Assembly: GCF_964355755.1 (NCBI RefSeq)
Contig: NC_092679.1
Coordinates: forward strand, 12,321,432 to 12,385,431
Direction: 5' to 3'
DNA from: Antedon mediterranea
Taxonomy: Eukaryota > Animalia > Echinodermata
DNA: 64,000 bases
Both the position numbers and the translations under genes were made by a program. This document shows positions 28,101 through 42,100 of this stretch, in pieces. How positions within the stretch are numbered: the stretch's first letter is position 1; each line of letters begins with the position of its first letter. Under the pieces are notes generated by a model. That model ran no database searches. It was not told where the DNA came from and saw nothing but the letters and a program-made list of their open reading frames with translations.

Positions 28101-31100
28101 TTTTAAACCCTTAAAATGACCTGAAACGTGCTCTAATTTAATCAGAAATTGATTTGAAGCATTTTAAAATTTCAAACGCCGTTTACGCACGCACTTTCTA
28201 CTGTTACAAAATTCGGTACGGATAAAAAAGTTAACAATAAATGTAAAGCAAACGTGGCAGAAAATTACGTTAAAAAATATTTATCTGTTTCAAAGTTATG
28301 ATCAATTTAAGATTTTCAGAAAATCGCGCGTAACTTACGATACGCGCATCATACAGCGTCCAAAAGCTTGGCTGCACATCTTCAGTTAAATGTCTATATG
28401 TTGACCAAGTTATATCATGTTATGTTCACGCGTTGTAGAGAAACAGCGTGTACAAATTTGGAGCATTTTAAAATTTCAAACGCAATTTACGCGCAAACTT
28501 TCTAGTCTCCAAAAATGTGCTAAAGATTGAAAAAGTTAGCCATTGATGTGAAGAAAACGTGGCTGCAAGTTACGTTAAAAAATATTTATCGGTTTTGGAG
28601 TTATGATCAATTTAAGATTTTCAGAAAATTGCGCGTAACTTACGCTACGCGGATCTGACAGCGTCCAAAAGCTTGGCTGCACATCTTCAGTTAAATGTCT
28701 AAATGTTTACCAAGTTACAACATGTTATGTTAACACGTTGCAGAGAAACGTCGCGTACAAAAAGTGGCGGAAAGAAAGAAGAATAATAAAAACTAGATTT
28801 GAACTCGTCACTACGGACGAGTTAGGTTATCCGCAGCGCAAAAGCCACGTGCACGTCATACGTTAGAATATTGAGCGCAAAAAAAAAAAACGATTATGGC
28901 ATTGAAAAATGTTAGTGCGCTCTCTATTTTGCGTCGCGTCTAAGAAGTATATACGGTATAACACTATATACTGTATACGTACTACATACAGTGCAGAATA
29001 GGTGAAAATAAGTGACCAACGTTATTGACGCATTTGAACATGATGACGTCATCACAATTTTTAAAATGGTAGATCATGCGAAAGATAATTGATTGATCTA
29101 GACAATATAAAAAAATTGAGTGAAATGGAATAAGGATAAGTAGAGATGCGCTCTATTAAATTGACGAGCTATGACGAAAGAGAAAAAAATCCTATATTTT
29201 ATATTCGGGTGGCCATACGATGACGTCACAATGTCCGGTTAGGCATATCAATACATGATTCGAGAAAAACAACTCATCTACTTCCAGAATATGTAATTTT
29301 AAAAAAGTTCACCACGTAGTTTAGAATTTATGACTGTTTAAAAAAAGGTCTAATTTTGACGAATTTTTGAACTTTTTCATCAAAAACGCGCGCAAATTGT
29401 TAAATTCTACCTGCTCGTATGACGTGATTTTAAGTCGAAATTGATTGAAAATTTGGTAAAATTACTAGAAAAGGCTGAAAAAACAAAAATCAAGCAAAAA
29501 AAAGATGTTTTTGCGCTAAGTGCGCACGCGCGCGTAAAAAATTTGCGCACGCGTGGGAATTTTTGAAATGTTCAAAATGACCTGAAACGCGTAGAAAGTT
29601 GATTAGAAATTGATTTTACGCATTTTGAAATTTTAAACGCGCGTGCGCGCGTAACTTTCTGTCAAACATGCCATTTTTAATCCATAGAAAGTTTGCCCTT
29701 GGTATAACTTAAATTTTCACGAAGTTTCAATAAAAAATGACTTTTGGTTTTCAATATATGATCAATCATTGAAATTCATAAAATCGCGCGTAACTTACGC
29801 TGCGCAACTCCAAAATTGTCCAAAAGCTTGGCTGCACATCTACAGCTATAGCTCAATCGTATGACAAAGTTACACAATCTTATGTTAGCCAGAAGATAGA
29901 GATGTGCTGCGGACAAAATTCGTGGAAAGAAAGAAGAACTAGACATGAAACTCGTCACTTTGACGAGTTAGTTATCCGCACAACGACAAACGCCACGTGC
30001 ACGTCATACGTTGGAATATTTCACACACAGATAAAGATTATGGCATTATGACCTGATCTGAAGAATATGATATGCTGTTAGTGCTGAATTCTGTCAATTT
30101 TGTGTCATATAGTATACATGCAAACAGTATAATCTGTATACATATTACATACAGTGTAGAATAGGTGAAATTACGGGACCCGCCATTTATTCAAATTTTT
30201 AACATGGCGACGGTATCAAAATGAAACACTTCGATAGCAATTTCAGAAGGAAATTATCTTAGGAACAACATATTAACGTGTAGAAGAAATTTGAATACGT
30301 AAAATATAGATGCGCACCCTTTTAAATGTGATGAACTATGACGCAAAATATTAAAATACGACTTTTTTTATTTAACTGGCCATATGATGACGTCACAACA
30401 TCCGATTGGAAATTTTTTTACATGATTTCGTATCTACAATCCAATCGCTTCCAGAAAACGTTTAATCGTGATTATCACATTTTATTCTTACGAGCTATAA
30501 CAGATTAAAATTTACTGTAAAGATGAAATTAATGCCACATGTAATTTAAATTTTTAGGCACGATGACGTCATAACAATTAAAATATTTTTAACTCATGCG
30601 AAAGATAGTTGATTGACCTAGACAATATCAAAATCGGGGTGAAAATGGAAAATGTATAAGTGGAGATGCGCTCTATTAAATGTAATGAGCTATGACGAAA
30701 GATACAAAAATCCTCAATTTTATATTCGTGTGGCCATACGATGACGTTAAAATGTCCGGTTAGCCATATTAATACATGATCCGATATCTACAACTCATCA
30801 ACTTCCAGAATATGTTATCCACAAAAAGTTGACCGTGTAGTTTAGAAATTACGATTGTTTAAAAAAAGGCATAATTTTGACAAATTGTTGTACTTTTTCA
30901 TCAAAAACGTGCGCAAATTGTCCAATTCGACGTGCTCGTATGACGTAACTTTAAGTCGAAATTGTTTAAAAGTTGGTAAAATTACTAGAAAAGGCTGGAA
31001 AAACATAAATTACGCGAAAAATATATGTTTTTAATGCTACGTGCGCACCGCACACGTAACAATTTGCGCATGCGTGGGAATTTTTTACATGCTTAAAATG

Positions 31101-34100
31101 ACATGAAACGCGTAGAAAGTTGATTAGAAATTAATTTTTCGCATTTTAAAATTTCAAACGCGCGTGCGCGCGTAACTTCTTGTAAAACATGCCATTTTTT
31201 GTGCACAAACAGTTTGCCCTTGATATGACTTAAATTTTCACAAAATGTAAAAACAAAATTACGCTTGGTTTTAAATCTATGATCAATTTAAAAAAATCAT
31301 AAAATCACGCGTAAGTCACGTTGCGTAACTATGACGTCATTCAAAAATAGGAGGTGCACAACTTCACGTAAATGCCCATATGTTGACAAAGTTATGAAAT
31401 GTTATGTTTACCCATTTTAGAGATACGCTCTGCACAAAAAGTGAGGGAGAAAGACTGAAGAATAATGAAAAAAAAAAAAAAGACACAGGACAGTTCCAAG
31501 GAGTTATCCGCTAAATGCGGATAACTAACTAGACATGAAACTCGTCACTTTGACGAGTTAGTTATCCGCTCGACAAACGCCACGTGCACGTCATACGTTA
31601 CAATATTGCGCACAGAAAAATATTAAGGCATTATGACCTGAACTGAAGAATATGATATGTTGTTATTTCTGAATTCTGTTATTTTGTGTCATATAGTATA
31701 CACAGTACAATCTGTATACATATCACAAACAGTGTAAAATAGGTGAAATTACGGGACCCGTATTTTATTGTAATTTTTAACATCTTGACGGTTTCAAAAT
31801 GAAATGCAAAAGTAGAAATTTCAGAATGAAATTATCTCAGCAACAACATATTAACGTGTAGAAGAAATTTGAATACGTGAAATATAGATGCGCGCTCTTT
31901 TAAATGTGATGAACTATGACGCAAAATAAAGAAATACAACTTTTTTTATTCAACTGGCCATATGATGACGTCACTACATCTGATTGGCAAAATGTTTACA
32001 TGAATTCGTATCTACAATCCAATAGCTTCCAGAAAACGTTTTAATCGTGATTATCACATTTTATTCTTACGAGCTATAACAGATTAAAATTTACTGTAAA
32101 GATGAAATTAATGACCCACGTAATTAAAATTTTTAGGCATGATGACGTCATCAAAATTAAAATATGTTTAACTCATGCGAAAGATAGTTGATTGACCTAG
32201 ACAATGTTAAAATCTCGGTGAAAATGGAAGATGGATAAGCGTGATGCGCTCCATTGAATGTGATGAGCAATAACTAAAGAGACAAAAATCCTATATTTTA
32301 CATTTGTGTGGCCATATGATGACGTCACAACATCCCTGAAGAAAAAATTCTGCATGAATTCATATCTACAACATAACTGCTTTCATATTAAATTAAAAAA
32401 ATCAGGGGTAACGGTTGATCCTGAGGAGCTATAATAGATTCAAAATAGGCATAATTTTGACAATATTTTGTAACTTTTGCAACTACAACGCACGCAAATT
32501 GTCTAAATCAACGTGTTCGTATGACGTCATTTTAATTTGAAATGATGTCAATCTTTTTTAAAATGACTAGGAAAGGCTGGAAAATCACAATTTAATAGAA
32601 AAAAACATGATTTTCATGCTGCGTGCGCACCGCACGTGTAAAATTGTTCGCGTGCGCGGGAAATTTTGACATGCGCAAAATGTCATGAATGGCGTAAAAA
32701 GTTGGTTAGAAATTAATTTTGCACATTTTAAAATTTTAAATGCGCGTGCGCGCGTAACTTCTTGTAAAACATGCCATTTTCAATCAACAGAAAGATTGCC
32801 CTTGATATGACTTAAATTTTCAGAAAGTGTAAAAAAAAAATTATGCTTGGTTTTTAATCTAAGATCAATCATAAAAAATCATAAAATCGCGCGTAAGTCA
32901 CGTTGCGCAACTCTGACGTCATTCAAAATAGGAGGTGCACAACTTCACATAAATGCCCATGTTTTGACAAAGTTATGAAATGTTATGTTTACCCATTTCA
33001 GAGAAACGCGCCTCACAAAAAGGAAGGAAAGAAAGAAGAATGAAACTCGTCACTTTGACGAGTTAGTTATCCGCTCGACAAACGCCACGTGCACGTCATA
33101 CGTTAGAATATTGCACACAGAAAAATATTAAGGCATTATAACCTGAACTGAAGAATATGATATGTTGTTATTTCTGAATTCTGTTATTTTGTGTCATATA
33201 CATAGTATACACAGTACAATCTGTAAACATATCACAAACTGTGTAAAATAGGTGAAATTACGGGACCCGTATTTTATTGTAATTTTTAACATCTTGACGG
33301 TTTCAAAATGAAATGCAAAAGTAGAAATTTCAGAATGAAATTATCTCAGCAACAACATATTAACGTATAGAAGAAATTGGAATACGTGAAATATTGATGC
33401 GCGCTCTTTTAAATGTAATGAAATATAACGCAAAAGATGAAAATACGACTTTTTGTATTTAACTGGCCATATGATAACGTCACAACATTCGATTGGCAAA
33501 ATTTTCACATGATTTTGTATCTACTATACAATAGCTTCCTGAAAACTTTTTAATCGTGATTATCACATTTTATTCTTACGAGCTATAACAGATTAAAATT
33601 TACTGTAAAGATGAAATTAATGACCAATGTAATTTAAATTTTTAGGCATGATGACGTTAAAAAAATTAAAAAATTTTTAATTCATGCAAAAGATAGTTGA
33701 TTGACCTAGAATATATTAAAATCGGGGTGAAAATGGACAACGAATAAGTGGAGATGCGCTCTATTAAATGTGATGAGCTATGACGAAAGAGACAAAAATC
33801 CTATATTTTATATTCGCGTGGCCATACGATGACGTCAAAATGTCCGGTTAGCCATATTAATGCATGATTCGATATCTACAACTCATCAACTTCCAGAATA
33901 TGTAATTTAAAAAAAGTTCTCCATGTAGTTTAGAATCTATGACTGTTTAAAAATAGGCATAATTTTGACGAATGTTTGAACTTTTTCACCAGAAACGCGT
34001 GCAAATTATTTAATTCGACGTGCTCGTATGACGTAATTTTAAGTCGAAATTGTTTAAAAGTTGGTAACATTACTATAAAAGGCTGAAAAAACATAAATCA

Positions 34101-37100
34101 CGCGAAAAAAATATGTTTTTAACGCTACGTGTGTACCGCGTGCGTAAAAAGTTTCACGCGCGTGGGAATTTTTGACATGCTCAAAATGACATGAAACGCA
34201 TAGAAAGTTGATTAGAAGTTGATTTTTCGCACTCTAAAATTTTAAACGCGCGTGCGCGCGTAACTTTTTGTGAAACATGCTATTTTTAATCCATAGAAAG
34301 TTTGCGCTTGATGTGACTTAAATTTTCACAAAGTGTCAAAACAAAATTATGTTTCGTTTTTAGTCTATGATCAATCATTGAAATTCATAAAATCGCGCGT
34401 AAGTCACGTTGCGCAACTCTGACGTCATTCAAAAATAGGAGGTGCACAAGTTCACGTAAATGTCGATATGTTGACAAAGTTACGATATGTTCTGTTTACA
34501 AGTTTTAGAGAAACGCGACGCACAAAAATGACAGAAAGAAAGAAGTACTAGATTTGAACTCGTCACTTCGGACGAGTTAGGTTATCCGCAGCGCAAAGGC
34601 CACGTGCACGTCGTACGTTAGAATATTGCGCGCAGAAAAACGATTATGCCATTGAAATAATGTTAGTGCGCTCTCTATTTTGCGTCACGTCAAAGTATAT
34701 ACGGTATACACTATATTCTGTATACGTACTACATACAGTGCAGAATAGGTGAAAATAAGGGACCCAAGTTATTGATGCTTTTGGACATGATGACGTCATC
34801 ACAATTTAAAAAATGGTAGATTATGCGAAAGATAATTGATTGGCCTAGACAATATAACAAAATGGGGGGAAATGGAATACGGATAAGTGGAGATGCGCTC
34901 TATTAAATGTGATGAGCTATGCGAAAGGGACAAAAATCTTATATTTTATATTCGAGTGGCCATACGGTGACGTCACAATGTCCGGTTAGCCATATCGATG
35001 CATGATTTGATATTTACAACTCATCTACTTCCAGAATCTGAAATTTTAAAAATTTTCACCTCGGAGTTTAGAATCTATGACTTTTTAAAAAAAGGCATAA
35101 TTTTCACGAATTTTTGAACTTTTTCATCAAAAACGCGCGCAAATTGTTCAATTCTACGTGCTCGTATGACGTGATTTTAAGTCGAAATTGTTTGAAAGTT
35201 GGTAAAATTACTAGAGAAGGCTGAAAAAACAAAAATCAAGCAAAAAAAAACATGTTTTTGCCTTACGTGCGCACACGCGCGTAAAAATATTGCGCACGCG
35301 TGGGAATTTTTGAAATGCTCAAAATGACATGAAACGCGTAGAAAGTTGATTAGAAATGAATTTTGCGCATTTTGAAATTTTGAACGCGCGCGCGCGCGTA
35401 ACTTTATGTAAAACATGCCATTTTTAATCCATAGAAAGTTTGCGCATGATATAACTTAAATTTTCACCAAGTTTCAATAAAAAATGACTTTTGGTTTTTA
35501 ATCTATAAACAATCATTGAAATTCATAAAATTGCGCGTAACTTACGCTGCGCAACTCGAAAATCAAAAAACAAAGTTTCTTGCACATCTACAGATATAAA
35601 TCAATCTTATCACAAAGTTTTACAATCTTATGTTAGCCAGAATTAGAGATATGCGTGCAACAAAATTTTTGGAAAGAAAGAAGAAAATAGAAAAAAAAGA
35701 AAAAAAAACTAGATTTGAACTCGTCACTTCGGACGAGTTAGGTTATCCGCAGCGCAAAGGCCACGTGCACGTCATACGTTAGAATATTGCGCGCTGAAAA
35801 ACGATTATGCCATTGAAAAAATGTTAGTGCGCTCTCTATTTTGTGTCACGTCAAAGTATATACGGTATACACTATATTCTGTATACGTACAACATACAGT
35901 GCAGAATAGGTGAAAATAAGGGACCCAAGTTATTGACGCTTTTGGACATGATGACGTCATCACAATTTAAAAAATGCTAGATTATGCGAAAGATAATTGA
36001 TTGGCCTAGACAATATAACAAAATGGGGGAAATGGAATACGGATAAGTGGAGATGCGCTCTATTAAATGTGATGAGCTATGAGAAAGAGACAAAAATCCT
36101 ATATTTTATATTCGAGTGGCCATACGTTGACGTCACAATGTCCGGTTAGCCATATCGATGCATGATATGATATCTACAACTCATCTACTTCCAGAATCTG
36201 AAATTTTCAAAATTTTCACCACGGACTTTAGAATCTATGACTTTTAAAAAAAAGGCATAATTTTCACGAATTTTTTAACTTTTTCATCAAAAACGCGCGC
36301 AAATTGTTCAATTCTACGTGCTCGTATGACGTGATTTTAAGTCGAAATTGATTGAAAACTGGTAAATTTACTAGAAAAGGCTGGAAAAACAAAAATCAAG
36401 GAAAAAATAGATGTTTTTGCGCTACGTGCGCACGCGCGCGTAAGAAAAGTGCGGACGCGTGGGAATTTTTGATATGCTCAAAATGACATGAAACGCGTAG
36501 AAAGTTGATTAGAAATTGATTTTTCGCATTTTGAAATTTTAAACGCGCGTGCGCGCGTAATTTTCTGTAAAACATGCCATTTTCTCTCCATAGAAAGTTA
36601 GCGCATGATATAAATTAAACTTTTGCCAAGTTCCAATTTAAATGGTTTAATAGTTTTCGATCTAAATTAAATACGCGAAATTCATAAAATCGCGCGTAAC
36701 TTACGCTGCGCAACTCGGACGGTACCGAAAACCTTATTACGACATATTCAGATAGAGATCAGTCTTCTGATAAAGTTACAAAATGTCATGTTGAGAAGAT
36801 TTAGAGATATACGCGCAACAAAATTCTGGGAAAGAAAGAAGAATAAGATAGAAAAAAAAAAAAAAAAAAAAAGATCGTGACAATAACAAGAGGTTATCCG
36901 CCAAGTGCGGATAACCAAAATAATACAGAAAAAAAATTTGATGAAACAGGACGATTACAAGGAGTTATCCGCTACTAAGCGGATAACTAACTAGACATGA
37001 AACTCGTCACTTTGACGAGTTAGTTATCCGCTCGACAAACGCCACGTGCACGTCATACGTTAGAATATTGCACACAGAAAAATATTAAGGCATTATGACC

Positions 37101-38576
37101 TGAACTGAAGAATATGATATGTTATTTCTGAATTCTGTTATTTTGTGTCATATACATAGTATACACAGTACAATCTGTATACACATCACAAACAGTGTAA
37201 AATAGGTGAAATTACGGGACCCGTATTTTATTGTAATTTTTAACATCTTGACGGCTTCAAAATGAAATGCAAAAGTAGAAATTTCAGAATGAAATTATCT
37301 CAGCAACAACATATTAACGTGTAGAAGAAATTTGAATACGTGAAATATTGATGCGCGCTCTTTTAAATGTAATGAAATATAACGCAAAAGATGAAAATAC
37401 GACTTTTTTTATATAACTGGCCATATGATGACGTCACAACATTCGATTGGCACAATTTTCACATGATTTTGTATCTACAATAAAATAGCTTCCTGAAAAC
37501 GTTTTAATCGTGATTATCACATTTTATTCTTACGAGCTATAATAGATTAAAATTTACTGTAAAGATGAAATTAATGACCAAAGTAATTTAAATTTTTAGG
37601 CATGATGACGTTAAAAAAATTAAAAAATTTTAAATTCATGCAAAAGATAGTTAATTGACCTAGAATATATTAAAATCGGGGTAAAAATGGACAACGAATA
37701 AGTGGAGATGCGCTCTATTAAATGTGATGAGCTATGACGAAAGAGACAAAAATCCTATATTTTATATTCGCGTGGCCATACGATGACGTCACAATGTCCG
37801 GTTAGCCATATTAATGTATGATCCGATATCTACAACTCATCAACTTCCAGAATATGTAATTAAAAAAAAGTTCCCCATGTAGTTTAGAATCTATGAATGT
37901 TTAAAAATAGGCATAATTTTGACGAATTTTTGAACTTTTTCACCAAAAACGCGTGCAAATTATCTAATTCGACGTGCTCGTATGACGTAATTTTAAGTCG
38001 AAATTGTTTAAAATTTGGTAACATTACTAGAAAAGGCTGAAAAAACATAAATCACGCGAAAAAAATATGTTTTTAACGCTACGTGTGCACCGCGTGCGTA
38101 AAAATTTTCGCGCGCGTGGGAATTTTTGACATGCTCAAAATGACATGAAACGCATAGAAAGTTGATTAGAAGTTGATTTTTCGCTTTCTAAAATTTTAAA
38201 CGCGCGTGCGCGCGTAACTTCTTTTGAAACATGCTATTTATAATCCATAGAAAGTTTGCGCTCGATATGACTTAAATTTTCACAAAGTGTCAAAACAAAA
38301 TTATGTTTGGTTTTTAGTCTATGATCAATCATTGAAATTCATAAAATCGCGCGTAAGTCACGTTGCGCAACTCTGACGTCATTCAAAAATAGGAGGTGCA
38401 CAAGTTCACGTAAATTTCGATATGTTGACAAAGTTACGATATGTTCTGTTTACAAGTTTTAGAGAAACACGACGCACAAAAATGACAGAAAGAAAGAAGT
38501 ATAATACAGGAAAAAAATTTGATGAAACAGGACGATTACAAGGAGTTATCCGCTACTAAGCGGATAACTAATAAAG

Positions 38577-38608
<32 letters not shown>

Positions 38609-38878
38609 TCCTGACAATAACAAGGGGTTATCCGCCAAGTGCGGATAACCAAAAAAAAAGAAACACTACAATAACAAAGGTTATCCGCTTGAGGCGGATA
38701 ACCAATAAATAAATAAATAAATAAAGATTTTGACAGAATCAAGAGGTTATATGCATATCATGCATATAACCTAATAAAGATTTTGACAGAATCAAGAGGT
38801 TATATGCATGATAATGCATATAACCTAATAAAAGACTTTTCAAATGCATCGTACAAAAGCGAGTACAGTAGTACAACG

Positions 38879-39038
38879 TGTGATGTTGAGTTGTATTTAG
38901 GCTATAGCGCCATCTATAGACGAATGTCAAATAAATAGGTTGTTGGCCTAGCGATGTAAAACGTGTACATGTGCGTATTTATTGTTGTACTAAAACATCA
39001 TTATAAAGCCTTCCAGCGTCCAGTGAGAGACGTTCACA
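38879..39038 (+). repeat. 5' LTR (160 bp)
   Basis: Identical by eye to 52631-52790. Confidence 0.96.
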
Positions 39039-39052
39039 TGGTGTCAGAAGTG
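39039..39052 (+). promoter_or_regulatory. Primer binding site (tRNA-Leu-type)
   Basis: TGGTGTCAGAAGTG immediately follows the 5' LTR; complementary to a tRNA 3' CCA end. Confidence 0.8.
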
Positions 39053-39101
39053 TTAAAGATCTTCAGGATCAACTGCCGTTTTGGCTCCGGAGTTTTTTTT
39101 A

Positions 39102-42100
39102 GGGTTATTCCATTATTAAAGTGGGGGTGTGTGGTTATGAATATTGTGTGCAGGTACGTCAATAGAAATGACATTGAGAGCCCTCTTCTGTCAGTTGACT
39201 GGTTCCCGGTCTACCGCCTTGTAATTGACTTAATCATGATTGAATTCCAACAACTTAAGAATATACAAAATGTTTACATAATTATATAACAATGTAGATC
39301 TATCTAATAATGTTTTTATTTTTTTGCAGATAAAGGAGGATCATCAATACAATAAAATGATAAAAATTCCAGGCATTTAATATACGGTTTACTGATAAAA
39401 TATAATGTACCAATGAAATAAACCTGGTGTTCTGAAACATATTTTAATAACTTTTGCCGGCCTAGCGCCTATGTGTATCTAAATCTATCTAAATAATTAA
39501 GTTAGTACAGTATTAACAAATAAAGGGTTAGGGTTATGTATAATAAAATGATAGAAATGAGGCATTATCTAATAATGTTTTTATTGATTTTTTTTTCAAA
39601 TTTTTATAGTTTTAAAATTCAAGTACCGTTTTTATAGCGTTATGTATCCTGTAAATGCTAACCTAAAAACGTTATCTGAATGTTTCTTTTTACGTTATAG
39701 AAATGTAATAAAATAACGGTTATTAGTGAACCTAAACATTAACCAAACACTAACGTTAGAAAACCACTATGTGATTGCTGGACTGCCACAATGGAACAAT
39801 AGACCTAGGTATGTATGTTAAACAAAGAAATCACGTCAAAGCAGGGTGGAGACGGAATTTTAAGACAAAGGCGTTCTATACAAATGCAAATCTGGTGGTG
39901 GAATACAACATGATCAATGCTGACAGAAATTCACGTAAACTCTGCAGTAAAAAAAATGTAGAAACATTATTTGCGTATTAAATCACTATATAAAATGTTC
40001 AGCTTGTTTAATTAATATACTGTACAATAATAACCGTACTATGATTTTCTTTTTTAACCTGTTTTGAACGTCTCTTTTATCTACTACAAGGAATAATTTC
40101 GCCAGTGTGGCATAGCAAAAAGCTATACAAAACAACCTTATTGCTACACATTTCGAAAATTGTGTAGCAAAAAATACAATACAAAACTATGTTTCTCGAC
40201 TAAATCAGTTTGATTAGCAATTTTGCTAAAATTTTGAAATGAAATTTTTCACTGTACTACAGACTCCCACTTGTAATTTTAATGCTTGTCGATATATGAT
40301 TTCTATACTGTACTTACTGTTTATTACAGCTCATACATAGTTGCTATTCTCTTGAGGCTCAAGACGACCAAATAGACAGTTTGATATCCAAGTACAACTT
40401 GTAACTAGAATTTAATTCGTCACTTTGACGAATTATAGGTGATCATTTTTATCATTTTATTGACATTCATATTTTTTAAACATGCACCTACGTTAACATA
40501 CAATCGGAAAATGTTGATGTATGCCACCCTCATAGTGCTGAGTTGTGCCTATTATATGCCATACAATATGTACAGTATATACTGTACTGTGTATATCTAT
40601 ATACAGTGTAGCATAGGTGAAATTACGGGACCCACATCATGTTCTAATTTTTTGGTATGATGACGTTGTCAAAATAAACTTGAAGATAACAATATCGAAA
40701 GATAATGAATTGAGTAATAAAATATAACAATTGGATGAAAATTTGGCACGTAGAAGGGCGGTGCGCGCTATTTAAAAATTGTATAACTTTTACGAAAGCG
40801 ATGAAAAAAATACTTTTTAACTTCAACTGGCCATACGGTAACGTCAAAACATCCAATAGGCTTAATTTTTATATGAATTAATATAAGCTTCGCTTGACGA
40901 CGTTACACAAATGTCAAAATGTTAACATAGTTCACAAAATGTTATGTTTGCAAGTTTCAGAGAAAAGCGTTGATGTTGATGATGATTTCGTACAATCACA
41001 AAAGGTTATCAGCAACTTCGTTGCGGATAACCAATAAAGATTTGATACAATAACAATAGGTGATCATTTTATTCTAAATGATCACCTAATTATGAATATT
41101 AAATTCCTGCTTCCAGACAACGTCACACTTGGGTTTAATCAGACCTTAAAAAACCTAGTATTTTATTTTCTTTACCAAAATGATTATATATTGTACCGTT
41201 ACTACTGTATTATTCCAACACGTAATTGCTATTCTCTATCTCTCTCTCTTTTATTTCTAGGCGTTTTTTAAAGATAAATCAGTCCTTAAAAACCTAGCTA
41301 TTTTGGTTTGAAATAATCATAACCTATTGTACCGTTATGTTGATTTGTTAAACAGTACAGTACATAAAATTTCATTAAATTCAATCTTCAATTTGAATGA
41401 AAAGGCTAAACGGTAGTGTTTCAAATTTTGAGTATAAAAAAAAAATGGTTGGGAAGAATAAATATTAATAAAATATATGTAATCAGGTTAAGAAACAAAA
41501 ACCGCTGTAGCATAGTTTTACTTTTTTTTATCGCTGCACAAAGGTGTCTCATTGAAGCTTACAATATTACATAATAAAGCATATAACAATATCACTCATG
41601 CCGACATGGAGCTATGTATACAAACTAAAATATGGCACATGTATATAAACCAAGATCAGTTGTCTTCAAATCACTCATTTTTCGAAAAACTTTCAACTAT
41701 ATTATAGGCCTACAACTCCGATATTTTACTGCGTTCTCGATTTGATTTTACTGCGATTTAAACCAAGGACCATGCTGCCGAAGATAGGACCACATTTGTT
41801 TAATGGATTTGATGACTACCTGGACTTTTTCCAACGAAGGGGTTTTTATCCAACTGTCAAGGATTGCTCGTACTGTAATGTACCAATGTACATGTCTACT
41901 CGTAACCGTAAGTGTTCTCATCATTAATTATTATAATTACATTTAAAAAACGTAATTTAAATATTTATAACCTGTACCATTATATGTATACTTATGTCTT
42001 TATTATAACCTGCATTTTATGTGCAATTATTTAGTAATTTTATGTACCATTTATTCAGTTACTGTAATGTAAGTTAAGTAATTAATTAAGTGTAAGTAAA

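Larger units (their letters stand above)
13566..38825 (-). mobile_element. Nested/tandem array of 16 non-autonomous Helentron (HINE/DINE-1-like) elements, families A, A', B, C, D
   Basis: On the minus strand each unit has a 5' palindromic subTIR, a (TTC/TTTC/TTTA) microsatellite, a 1.1-1.6 kb non-coding body (one expanded to ~2.8 kb), then subTIR + stem-loop + CTAG. CTAG ends at 13566, 15094, 16804, 18498, 19987, 21407, 24393, 25817, 27228, 28793, 29939, 31529, (33041 truncated), 34548, 35709, 36991. No TSDs; mostly TT/AA junctions. Confidence 0.85.

Noticed and set aside
13566-38825. CRISPR array or integron cassette array (palindromic repeats separating units)
   Set aside because: Eukaryotic context; units are >1 kb homologous non-coding bodies, not unique spacers or genes; no cas or integrase gene; termini fit Helentron-type elements.
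14545-38930. Many recurring 60-107 aa ORFs in the array
   Set aside because: They recur only because the DNA is repeated; stops and frames differ among copies and no motifs are recognisable.
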